From Tubiluchus corallicola (lineage: Eukaryota; Animalia; Priapulida): a stretch of 64,000 bases of DNA. The notes below the pieces were generated by a model. The model saw nothing but the letters and a program-made list of their open reading frames with translations, was not told the DNA's origin and did not search any database. Position 1 is the first letter of the stretch; each line of letters starts with the position of its first letter. Position numbers and translations under genes: made by a program. Shown here one piece after another: positions 40,922 to 60,720 of the stretch. The stretch is taken from positions 372,001-436,000 of the forward strand of contig JAQGDQ010000112.1 of NCBI GenBank assembly GCA_030141605.1, given 5' to 3'.

Positions 40922-43900
40922 ATGCTGCCAGCTTATTTTAGCGGCTGCTTGGTGGGTGCACTTGTTGGAGACTGCCTTGGTGCTCCATTTGAGTTTGAGT
41001 CACGCAGCAAAGCGATTCAAGACATCAAAAAATTTTTGGAAAATGTTGAGTCACTGGAAGGTGGTAAGTTTATGATTATTTGCATAATTACTTAAAAATT
41101 CAAGCAGTGACATAGGCATAGACATTTTATTTATCTCCCCATTTACACCATAATACAAATAGACTATTATTGTTATAGTTATTAATTAAAAAGGATAAAT
41201 TATGCATAAGGGAAAGCGTTTGGGGGGTGCAGGAGAAAGGGTAGCAAAAGACCAATTAGTCATTAAGTCAGCTACCTTTCTCAGGTTAGTGTAACTTGTA
41301 AAAAATTTGTAGCCCTGCTAATTAAAAGGTGTAATACAATTATGTAGTAGGTTAAGAAAATCAACTGTTAACATAAATTTATGGGGGAAGAAATTAAACT
41401 TGAGAGCGAAATAACTATATAGGCTATGCAACAAAGAAGCATTAAAATAAAAATGAATAATATGAAATGATGATTAACAAAATATGTAAAGCATTTAACT
41501 AACTGATTAACATATAAAACAAACTAGAAAAAAGACAGACCAAAAGAAAAAATAAAACATAAATAATAAATCAGTGAAGGAAACAAAATATGCATGATGA
41601 AATCAAACAAAATATAAATATGCAATAGTGTTTAATCAAATTATGTTAAGCATAATGATAAAGTACTATGGAACACAAGAACTTGTGCAGAAAAATGGAG
41701 TAAACGACTTATGTAATGAAATATGAGTATGTGACTAAATAGGCAATATGGCTCAATAAAACTTAATGATAACAGTGAAACAATGAGCAAAATAATTATA
41801 ATAAAGCGAATATATATGAAGTGAGAAAAGCAGAACTATATGATAGAGAACTATTTAGTATTTTCTCATTTTAAAACACGTTCCACACAGAGCATTTTTG
41901 CAAGGAGAACTGATTGAACGTATCACGAAGATGAAGTAGAATATCTTGGTTATGTAATAAATGATAATTGTAAAGATGATGCTGATATTTTGAATTCCAC
42001 ATCGACATCAATGTCAATCGACAAAATGTTCATGCGGATGTTTCAACAGCACAAAAGGAGCTGCTTATCACAGTACAAAATTTTCTCACAAATTGCACCT
42101 GTTTTATATGAGACCTAATATTCTTTGCAGAAATTTCAGTTTATTGTTCCATTGATGTCAAGAATGTTCTGTTTAAGTCTTATTGTTCGTCTTTTTACTG
42201 TTCGAACCTCTGGATGAGTTTTAATCTTGGTACTCTTCGAAAGTAAAAAGTGGCTACTATTTTGCATTGACAGTATTTTTGCTCACACCGGTCAGGGGCT
42301 TCACAGGTTCACAGTGTCTAGAATATGAGCAAAAATAGCTGTAATCCTTTTAAATATTTATCTTACCAATCCTCTGTCCTTTGTGTAAATATTTATTTTG
42401 TAGGTCTTGTAGTAGTAGTTTTAATTAACGTTTTTTACTGTTCTATCATGGTACTATTTATGTACTGAAACAAATAAATATCAAACAAATAAATAATAAA
42501 ATTTTGTAGCCAAACTTCACAAGTATATAAGTAGTATGTCTGTAAGAGATTTTTCTTATTCTTATTTCGTCATATTTTTAACAGGTAGTCTCAATTACAC
42601 AGATGACACTGCGATGACAAGATCAGTAGCGAACTCACTTATCGAAAACGAAGGATTCGATGCAAATAATTTGGCAAAAAAATTTGCTGAAACTTACTAT
42701 GCTGACTTCACGTATCGACGCTACGGCAAAAATGTCATTTCTACTTTCTGTGATTTGTATGACAAAAAATACGGAGACGATGTGTTTCAGTCTGCGAGAG
42801 AGCAATTTGACGGGAGCGGGTCACATGGAAATGGCGGAGCAATGCGGGTTGCCCCAGTAGCACTCTTCTCATTATTTAACCTTGATCAACTAACCAAGGT
42901 TTGCATGATGAATCTTTAGCTTTAGACTTCGTTATATTGTTAAAACAGTGTTGTTTTAGCTGCTGCTACTGTTTGGTTATATTAATTAGTTCTCCACATT
43001 TTGAACTGTCTATGTGCTTGCATGTATAATATACTGCTCGGCAGGAAGCTACTGCATGTTCGTTCTTAGAAATGGGCAAAACTTGCTCACTTGTCATTTA
43101 CACATTGTTACGTAAATGCAAACAACTACTATGTGTCCTTGGGCTATAGCTAACTTAAGTGACTACAAACTGTAAAATTTTTAATCAGTGACTAACGTGT
43201 GAATCATAACGACCGATAACATTGATGATGATAATGTTGATGGTGGTAATGTTGATGGTGGTAATGTTGATGATGATAATGTTGATGGTGGTAATGATAA
43301 ATCTTTCATTAGGCCTGTTTTTGTGGGCTCAATACATCAATATTAAAAATGAAATCTATCTAAAAAATGAATACACACATAAATACACACTGTACACAAT
43401 TGCAAAAGCAGCAGTAAAAATTATATACAAACAAACAAATGCATGCATATGCAGCATATTGATGAATACGTTAAATTGTCCAAAATATATACACAAACTG
43501 TATAGGAAGTAAATCCTGTTGTAAGATGCCAATTTCTAAAGTTGTAGCAAGTTGTAGTAATAATCCAATTCAAATTATAATTAATTGTAAGTAATATTAT
43601 AATTAATTATACAAATTATACACTGTGATTATTCTCTGTATCTCTAACATATTAGTAAGCTAATGATGATCAGTAAACATACATAACATCCTAGAAGTCT
43701 AAGTTGTCATTTTATAGTGAAGTTTCCTTGGCTAGTCAAAAAGCAAATTGGAAAGCAAGTCTCAAATAGTCTGCTTGAGTTTTCTACTTGCAGATTTAAT
43801 GGGGTACCAGTTAGTACAGTATCGTTCCCCATTTCGATGTCTTGCAGCTGAGAAACTGACAAAGAATGTTAGAAATTAGATAGAAGCTTAAGAGCAACAA

Positions 43901-46900
43901 CTGCAGTGGCAGAACTATATAAATGAGCTAGTGTCTTGAATGGCATTCGTTTATTGGCACGGTGTTATGGTCTGTGTGTATTTTAAGTCTAAGTCATTTA
44001 ATTTATAGATAGCAAAGGAGAGTGCACAAATCACACATGCTAACAAATTAGGATACAATGGTGCAATACTTCAATGCTTTGCAGTACAACAGGCTCTCAT
44101 GTTAGCTAGAGAATGCCGCAGTGCTGATGTATCATTTGTGGATAATTTGCTGAGAAAGATGAGTGCCGTTGAAGCGTAAATTTATAAATAAATGTTGACA
44201 AAAACATTTCAAATAAAGCATTCACCTGTGACCAGTGTTGGTAAAACCTGCTTTTAGCACTACAACAAAGTGACTAAGTGTAATAGTGAATATGTTTTTT
44301 TTGTATTTTGTTAAGAATACTTAAATGGAATCATTCGATTGTGATGCTAAAAATTGATTTTATCAAGGTTTTGTTTATAACATCTAAAGAAGTAAGTTAT
44401 TTGCTTTGGAAGTAGTTATTGTGCTTTTCTTTCATGCACGATAAAAAACGACTCTTTGAAATGAACACTTATTTCTTAAAATAAAACATTTTCACTAATA
44501 TGGGAATTCTATCTGCTTGGCCCATTTTTATTCCTTGAAAACAGCTTTGAAGTCATGGTTTGTATCAGTGCTGCTACTGTACAAGATTGACTGTGAGAAC
44601 AAAAATTGGGCAAATTTAAGGTTGAAGATTTAATTTCGTAGCATAATACTGTATCTTCATGTGATTTCACCACAAATGTGTGCTATATCAGAAATGAACT
44701 GTGAGGTACAGCACCTGTTTCTTATGCAATGCACTTTCATGATTCAAGTGCTGTGTCCATCTAACTAGCAAATGGCAAAATGCCGGTAATAAAGTGTGAC
44801 GTGAAATTAAACTTCCGTGGTAATAATTCTCTCACTTTTCAATATTAGAAGACAATTATGTTCTGTTTCAATATTTTATACATTGGATTAATTTGAACTA
44901 CAGTTTTAAAATTAGATTCTGTTTCACTTTAATTGTTTAATATTATTCTGATTCTTAAATTGACAGAATTCATATATGTAGATTCTTTTAATTTCCAAAA
45001 CATTATTTTTAGTTATATCTGGTAGTTTAGAATCCTAAGTGATTTACGAAAGCTATTAATTGCTGTCAGTGTCATAAATCGATGCATTTGGATGTGAAAT
45101 TTTGATACTCTTATTTGTTGAAATAAGAAAGAAAGTCTTATTTCATTTAGTGTTGCTGACGTAAAGGCAGAAGTCATGGTTTCATCAGATCAGCCATTTT
45201 GTGAACAGTTACAGAAAGTAAAACAACTATATGAACAAACTAAAACTACCAGGGAAACTGTGCGTGATGAATTAGGTAATCTGAAAACAATATTTTTCCA
45301 ACCCCGTTAATAATCATCATCATCTCATAATTAGCATGTTCATAATCTGTTTCCTCCAAAAGAAAAACATAATATCTTAGATGCAGAAAATGTTTATTTT
45401 CTAGACCCAAATTAAAGGGCAACCAATACTTTTATAATAGATACATTTTTAGTGTAGATTACCATTAATATTTTATGTTTTACTGTTTTTTTTTATTTAA
45501 ATTAATTTAATACAAAAATTTTACTCTGTTTTATACACATTTTAGTACCCAAAGATTTGTTTTAATTAAAGATTTTATTTGATGTATTATAAGTTTATTA
45601 GCAGCTGTATTTTAACTTGAAATATAAATTTGCTAGTTTAAATATTGTTCTCAATTTATACTAATAACTTCTATACTAATTTATACTAATTGTAAAGTAG
45701 CCATGGAGAATGGAAACTTTTTTTATAGAAACAAAAGACCTTCACTTACCTACCTACCTACATACCTACCCACCTACCTACCTACCTACCTGCCTACCTA
45801 CCTACCTACTTACTTGCTTACATATTCAACTACTGTAGTATGTGTAGTTGATGAAATATTGGCCTTTTTAGATTGTTTATGGACGTGTTAACTGGTAGAT
45901 TTGAGTTCAATCATAATGACTTTTTTATGATAACTGATAAATGTGAGTTTACTGATGATGAGTTTTATGGACAATGTTATATGAATGGGCAGTACACTAA
46001 GCTATTAAGCAGAACAACAAAGTGAGTGAGTTTGTTAATCATGAGTACAAGAAGTGATACAACAAAAGTTTACATGAGCTAAGCTTTTTTAATGTGTTGC
46101 TTACAGGTGTGGACGTTTCTGCCCTCAGGTCTGTACCTGCGGCTATCTACACATTCCTCAAGTGTCTGCAACCTGTTGACGACCTCAGGAAATTAGATGT
46201 AAGTTCATTGAAATTTTTTCAGTAATCAAATATTTTGTGTTTTGATATTATTTTTATGCTATTACTGAGAAATCCTTTCTTTATGCGCTGCATTCTAGTT
46301 CACAGGTTGCCTAATGGTGTGGAAAATTATCCATGTATGTCCTTTGAAACTAACATTGCTACATTCTGATCCACATGCAGCAAAGTTAGCTATCTCACAC
46401 AATACTATAATCTATAAGATTATAATCTATAAGTCATTTACACAGTATTCTAACATTTTTATAACAGTTTGGCAATCTGTGAGCCTGATTCCAATGCCCA
46501 GTAAGAGGGTTCAAAGTTAGTTGCAGGTGAATAGTATTATTTTGTATTATTGAATACTTTTAGAGTTAGATTAGAATCTATCATGTTTTTGAGGATAATC
46601 TCTTAAAACGAGTCACTGAACTTAGACAATGAGAACAAGATGAATAGGCAAAGGTAATATGGAATGTTTTGTTTAAACTTTATTTATCACCATTAGCATC
46701 AATTCATTATCATTGTCATCACCATCACCATTGTCATTAGCATTAATATAACCATAGTTGTCATCATTATCATCGTCATCATTAGCATCGTCGTTATTGT
46801 TTTCTTGCATCTGTTTGCTTCGCTCCATTTAACGTATTTTTTTGTTGTTGTTTATGTCATTAATTTAGTCATATCCATGTTGAGCGTAGCTCATAAGTTT

Positions 46901-47473
46901 CTTCTGCTGCTCCCATAGCACTGTAATGCATTGTTAATTTGTAATTTTATAACTTTTATTTCTGTGTTGTGTTAAATGGATGAATAAATAAATCTAAATG
47001 TAAATCAAATTTATTTATAGTGGATTTATAAATAAAGTTTAAACTAAACATTCCATATTACCACTGACTATTCCGCTCGTTAACACCTTGTAAGTCCAGT
47101 GACTCATATGGAATGTTTTCTCGGTAGTCATTATCTATTTACTAACAATATTTACCAACTAACTAGTCATTAAACAGGCAAAGTTTAACTATCACAGCCA
47201 AACACATGTTGTCCTCGCATTCTTTATCGTCATGAGTGTCCTTGTAAACCGATTTTCTATTTTTTTCAGAAGGGTAATCCATTCTCTAGAACGATACTGT
47301 ATGCCATATCACTAGGCGGCGACACCGACACAATTGCGTCTATGGCAGGAGCAATTGCCGGCGCTTATTATGGGATAGAATCTATCCCGAAAGTTTGGCA
47401 AGAAAAGTGTGAAGGTGTGAAAGAGGCAAAGAGACAAGCAGAACAATTGCATAAACTTGCGTCAACATTATGA
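40922..47473 (+). CDS. ADPRS: ADP-ribosylhydrolase ARH3 (ADPRHL2), tandem copy 3, 6 coding exons, 347 aa
   Basis: Exons 40922-41063, 42585-42898 (equivalent to exons 2+3 of the other copies), 44009-44175, 45151-45275, 46107-46198, 47270-47473 (1044 nt, frame intact). Motifs GCLVGALVGDCLGAPFE, YTDDTAM, GSHGNGGAMR, ITHAN, GGDTDT. The start is fixed by an in-frame TGA at 40916-40918. Confidence 0.9.
43222..43278. repeat. Compound (GAT/GGT/AAT) trinucleotide repeat
   Basis: Repeating unit aatgttgatg(g/a)tg(g/a)t; gives the Met/Val artefact ORF 43222..43512. Confidence 0.85.
45747..45820. repeat. (TACC)n tetranucleotide microsatellite
   Basis: Direct observation; gives the TYLP artefact ORF. Confidence 0.95.
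46610..47105. repeat. Imperfect 78-bp inverted repeat (old MITE or foldback) in the last intron of ARH3 copy 3
   Basis: Arms 46610-46687 and 47028-47105 (gagtcactg.actta ... ggtaatatggaatgttt.gtttaaactttatttat). Confidence 0.8.
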
Positions 47474-47968
47474 GTGACTAACTAATGATGCCTACTATGA
47501 TACACTGAAAATCAAACCACGGGACACAGTTTCAAGTGAAAAACACACTCACTTTCGTAGCCATCAAAACTAGCTTTATGGAATATTTTAAGTGTGCCTT
47601 ACAGGTGGTTTCACACTTACAGTCAACAAACTAATTACTGTGTGACTGTACTTTATAAACTAAAGCGGTATTCGGCAAGCCGGAATCACATAAATCATTA
47701 GCATCAACCTTCAAGAACTGGTAGGATATATTCCTAAGGTGTGAATGAGACAAAGTTAAGCGGCAAAGTTATTCAATTTTAGATATGAAACGGATTTGAA
47801 ATGATGACTAGATCCATTTTGCTGAGCTTAGAATGTGCTATGTACTAGGATTTACTAAAAGCCATTACTTGAGTTAACTTTTCTGTACAAGAACTGTACA
47901 AGTGACAAAATAAAATTATGCACTCTAATAAATGTATCAAATTTTTTAAAACTATTTTGTATGGCAGC

Positions 47969-48607
47969 CAGCGGCAGATTATGATTTTATGGGCCTTAGG
48001 CTTGAGCTTGGAACGGGCCTTTTAAATTTTGCTCCACTGCTGAGCTGACGTGTTTTTGTGGGGCTCTCGTCGTTTGTAAGTTTGTTTAATTTTGTGAGTT
48101 TTTGTTTACATATGTGTTAGAATGTACTTGTGTATGATGGTTTCAAACTGCAGTGGGGAACGATCATTCTCTGCTCTGAAAAGCATAAAAACTTATTTAC
48201 GGTCATCTCTAAAGGATGACAAATTAAACAATTTATCACTGATGCATATTGAGTCAGATATGTTGAAAAAAATGGACTTTTCAGAAATTATAACTGACTT
48301 TGCCCCCAGAAAAAATTCGGAAACTGAAATTTTGAACTTAAACTGTGTAAACGTGAATTGTGTAAACTTAAATTGTGTAAACTTAAATTGTGTAAACTTG
48401 ATTTGCATAAACTTGATTTGTGTAAACGCGATTTGAAATATAGTGACTGACTTTTGAAAAAAAAACTTTTTTCTAATTTTATTTTGGCGGGCCCCTTGCT
48501 CTTTTGTCAATTTATTTTTTTTACAAAAATTTTTTTTTCGTTTTATTTTGCCGGGCACCTTTTGATCCCGGGCCTTAGGCTTCAGCCTATAGGGCTATCC
48601 GCTACAG
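47969..48607 (+). mobile_element. Internally deleted hAT transposon retaining the transposase C-terminal dimerisation (hATC) fragment
   Basis: Perfect 8-bp TSD ATGGCAGC (47961-47968, 48608-48615). Degenerate CAGTGGCGGAT-type TIRs. 48122-48310 encodes MYLCMMVSNCSGERSFSALKSIKTYLRSSL..DKLNNLSLMHIE, followed by a 15-bp tandem repeat at about 48335-48426. Confidence 0.9.
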
Positions 48608-50584
48608 ATGGCAGCTCGTTTTTATGGTAAAATGATTTGTACCCGATGTGTTGCAAATAGGGAGAAACCCACTTAGCAAGCTAAGTCGCTCTAAGTGTTT
48701 GATTTAAGCAAATATTAAACTGTTCTCATTTCAAGTTTTAAAGTTATCAGAAAAAATCTATCAGATTTCACTTGAAACAACCTGTGTTTAGTATAAAGAA
48801 GTTATGTGTGTTGGTAATTTTTCTTAGTATGTGCATACAATTGTATGTATGTGTAATAGTTTTAATTTTGTCAGGTCCTTGTTATGAACTCCGCTCAATC
48901 AGGTTTTTCTGTATAACACATACTAGTGTCTGATGTATTACAAAACACTTGCAGACAAATCACGAAGTTATGTACACAGTTTGTTAATGAAACTAAAGTT
49001 CCACAACTTTGCTACAACTCACACGTGAACTTTTTACAAGAGTACAGTTTTGTTCATTTTAGCATAATATAACTATTTTCAAAAAATCAAAAGTTTATGT
49101 AACAACATTTACAGTATGCATTTGTACGTTTTCAGCACATAAAAATCTTAAAGCTATGCATCGCGATTGGTAGTATAATTACGGTTAATTACAAATTCAT
49201 TATTGATGAGATGGATATAGATACCTTCCCAAACTGTGTGTTAAGTAGGTGTCTTCACGAACAGGTTTGTCACAGTAAATGTGGTATTCTTAACGACATG
49301 ACTGTCTAGTCTATTTTTGAAGGAGTTTACACTAGTTGCTAAAACTACATGGTAAGGCAATCAATTTCATACACCTCCTAGTAAGAGAGTTACACGAGCA
49401 TACTGCTGTGAGTCCTTGATGCTATACAGTTCAAGAGTGGTATGGGAATGAATGTTAAAATGAAGAATAGATCAAAGCCACATTTAATTTATTTTGTAAA
49501 AACAATGTTTTCCTATCGTGAAGAATGAATAAAAAGTGTTAACCAAATTGTGTACATTTTATGATATATGTATGATGGGCTGTAGGTAAAATGGCACAGT
49601 AACAATGACATTTTTAGCTGTGACATTTTCACTGAGCACTGTACTATGTGAAAATGAGATACAAATGCAATACGGATTAAACTTGAGTTTTCAACTGGTG
49701 CACTTGTGGATGTGACCTGTTGCTCAGGATTTCATTGTGATACAAGTACATTGTACGTAATCAGTGGTCGTAAGAAACGATCATATTGTTTGCTTTCATA
49801 TGCAAAAGTAAATTTAAAAGGTTTTTCATATTGTTGCTACTCGCGTGACTGAAAGCGAAAAATGAGAAAAGTTAGTGGTAAAATATTTCTAAAAAAGAAC
49901 TTATATAGGTATAGTGTGAGTATAGAAAGAAAAAAGGTATAGTGTTAATATAAAAAATAATAAACTGCTTCTTTTGTGATCAACCCTTACTTTAAATGCT
50001 TCAAAATTAAAAAAGTGCTAGTATGTTGCGTTGTGTACCATGTAGAGTCGCATGAAATTTTGGAACTCTACAGAATGCCCACTTCACCGACTGTTTAAAC
50101 GGTAAAAGACATCAGAATGCTCTTTATGTCTCAAAAATATTTTATTTTTTCCTACAGAAGTTTTTGTCCATCAGGGGTTTCTTCAGTTGTATTCGTCAGG
50201 CCAGTTATCTTATTATCAAGCCACTTACTCTTTGTTGCCCTACACACTACCCCTCGAGTAACACGTAAACTGCCAACCTGCCAAGTGTACGATGCTGCCA
50301 AATCTGAGTTTATGTTTATCAAAAATTTAGTTTGTAGTCTACTAACAATCCAAGATGCGCTTCTTCAGTAACTTCTGGTAACTCAGCATCTCCAAAGCTG
50401 CATTCAGCAAGATTAGTCTGACTATCTACATGAATCACTTTTCATTTGCGATCCTGTGTGTTAATCTGCTATCTGTGAGCAAATGCAGGGATTTGATGCT
50501 CAGAGGCAGTGTTTAGAGAACATTCCAAAATTTTACGGGTAATCTCTGCATGGTACATCGTCCAAAAGATGGCTCACTTAAAAC

Positions 50585-51043
50585 CAGTGGTGGCTCATGT
50601 ATAGCCACTGTGGAACTGTAGCACCCCCTATTTTCACTTGATACTATCAATAACATTCAATATAATGAGTCTTTTTCCTTTAATTCTTTCTTTATACTTG
50701 TACGAAACCAGAGCATGTGGCGGACGTTAGGTATAGAGAGCGCTGTCACTCATACAGTGCCAACACTGTATTGCAAGTAGCGTTTATTTTTGTCTCAGCG
50801 TACGTTGTGCTTAAAAACTATGTACCTTATTCTTGAATGTGATAAAGTGTCTAATTCTTCGTTTTCTTCGTTTTTTTATTTTATAGAAAATTTAGATAAT
50901 TTAATCATGGCCTTCTTACATCCCCAAAAAATAAGTTGTGTTGCTGTAACTGAACTTCAACACTGTTTTACACAATATTAAAACAACAGCACACATTTTC
51001 TGAAGCAGCACCCCCACTAATCTTAGCTACGAGCCTAGTACTG
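50585..51043. mobile_element. hAT-family MITE upstream of the COPS4 coding region
   Basis: Perfect 8-bp TSD CTTAAAAC (50577-50584, 51044-51051); ends CAGTGGTGGCTC ... GAGCCTAGTACTG. Confidence 0.8.
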
Positions 51044-51390
51044 CTTAAAACAAATATTTACCTATTGAGAGATGCTTAACATGAACAGTCATGTTTTCAC
51101 TTTCTGATGAGTACGTGAATCTGTCTAGGGGTATTGTGTATTGCATAAATGTACATTTTGCAAATTATTTATCATTGTTCTTCATTTGAAGTCTGTTGCA
51201 TTTCAAGGCTTGATTGTGTTCCTGTTTTCTCTAGACACTAAGTGTGTCCTGGAATATTTATTTAAACATTTTGTGTGTACGTACCAAATCTGTCTAATAA
51301 AATATGAATAATTTTGTTTGTTTGTTTTTTTGTTGAAATTCAGGTTGCTGATGTAACAGGTACAGTTTTGTTCATGTAATCTGTTTTATC

Positions 51391-59495
<8,105 letters not shown>

Positions 59496-60252
59496 CCAAC
59501 ATCGTTTCTTGATCTTTCTTCATTTTTTGCTCATAGAACTGCATGCAAAATCACATTTGCAAGTGAACAATGTGCAAGACCAAGACAGGAAGTTACGTGT
59601 TTCTACGTGCATTGAATGCGTAAAAAGGTTTTTGGAAGTAACCTCGCACTTGCAAAATTTCTCTTATTTATCTGAATGACTATTTGCTAGATGTTACTAA
59701 ATGATAGACAGCAAAAACTTAGCTGCCATGTGAGTGTTAGATCTATAATTTCTGACAGCTTATGACCAGTATAAATTCCATATAATTCAAGGTTGTTCCG
59801 TAGAAGATTGGGTTGACTTTTGTACCCCAATAAGTTACTATTTACACATTGCTTCATCTCTATTACCCTCCCCAGTAACAGAATCGTAATTTGCGTATAA
59901 TAAAATATTGCTATAAAACCTGTTCTATTATTCTCAGGTACTGTTAAAAGATTTTTGGTTATTATACTTGAACATTCAACCTTATTAAATACGAACAATT
60001 CTTGTGAAACTGTTTCACTTCAATTTTTTAAAATAATAATCATATTTTTGTTTATCATTCCAATTGTACGATTCATATTTTCAATAATTCCAACTGGACA
60101 GCTAGATTTTACAATCCTGATGCCTAGCTTATAGCTACACTTGACACAATGTAGTTTATACAGTGACATCCATTGTTATCACGCTACCTGACAAACTTGG
60201 TTTTTTTCAATTGTTTTGCAGCAATGTTTTTGAAAATTTATAACTTCTTACA

Positions 60253-60300
60253 AATAAATAGATACAAAATGATTGTACACATAAATTATTTTTATTTATT
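60253..60300. terminator. Candidate opposing polyadenylation signals of COPS4 (+) and STAMBP (-)
   Basis: AATAAA on + at 60253-60258; AATAAA on - at 60291-60296 and 60295-60300. Usage unproven in AT-rich DNA. Confidence 0.4.
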
Positions 60301-60411
60301 ACCTGTACAGCAAATTAATTTAAAAATTCATATAATGCAGATATACAAAGTAAGACATGAAAGGTACAAAATCCTATGTATTGAAAACTAGACAGGATAT
60401 TATAAGGTAGA

Positions 60412-60720
60412 TAGTTACCATGAAGTACCAGCTTTAAATAATGACTATGCCAGCCTAAAGGATTAGGCACACGTAAGTATTCACCAAGAAGTACCAGCTT
60501 AGTCACCAAGAAGTACCAGCTTTAAATAATGACTATGCCAGCCTAAAAGATTAGGCACACATAAGTATTCACCAAGAAGTACCAGCTTAGTTACCATGAA
60601 GTACCAGCTTTAAATAATGACTATGCCAGCCTAAAAGATTAGGCACACAAGTATTTACCATGAAGTACCAGCTTTAACTGATGATATGCCAGCCTAAATG
60701 ATTAGACACACAAGTATTCA
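60412..60720. repeat. 88-bp-period minisatellite containing a GCCTAA-N4-TTAGGC hairpin
   Basis: Hairpins start at 60453, 60541, 60629 and (degenerate) 60692; sub-repeat acca(t/a)gaagtaccagctt occurs six times. Confidence 0.92.

Noticed and set aside
10950-47473. ARH3 copies as a haplotype or assembly artefact, or as mutually exclusive exons of one gene
   Set aside because: Introns are largely unalignable with different insertions, and each copy has its own start, full exon set and stop.
60412-60720. CRISPR-like or histone stem-loop interpretation of the hairpin repeat
   Set aside because: Intervening sequences are repeated rather than unique spacers, no cas genes, eukaryotic context; the stem does not match the histone GGYYYU-UYUN-ARRRCC consensus.
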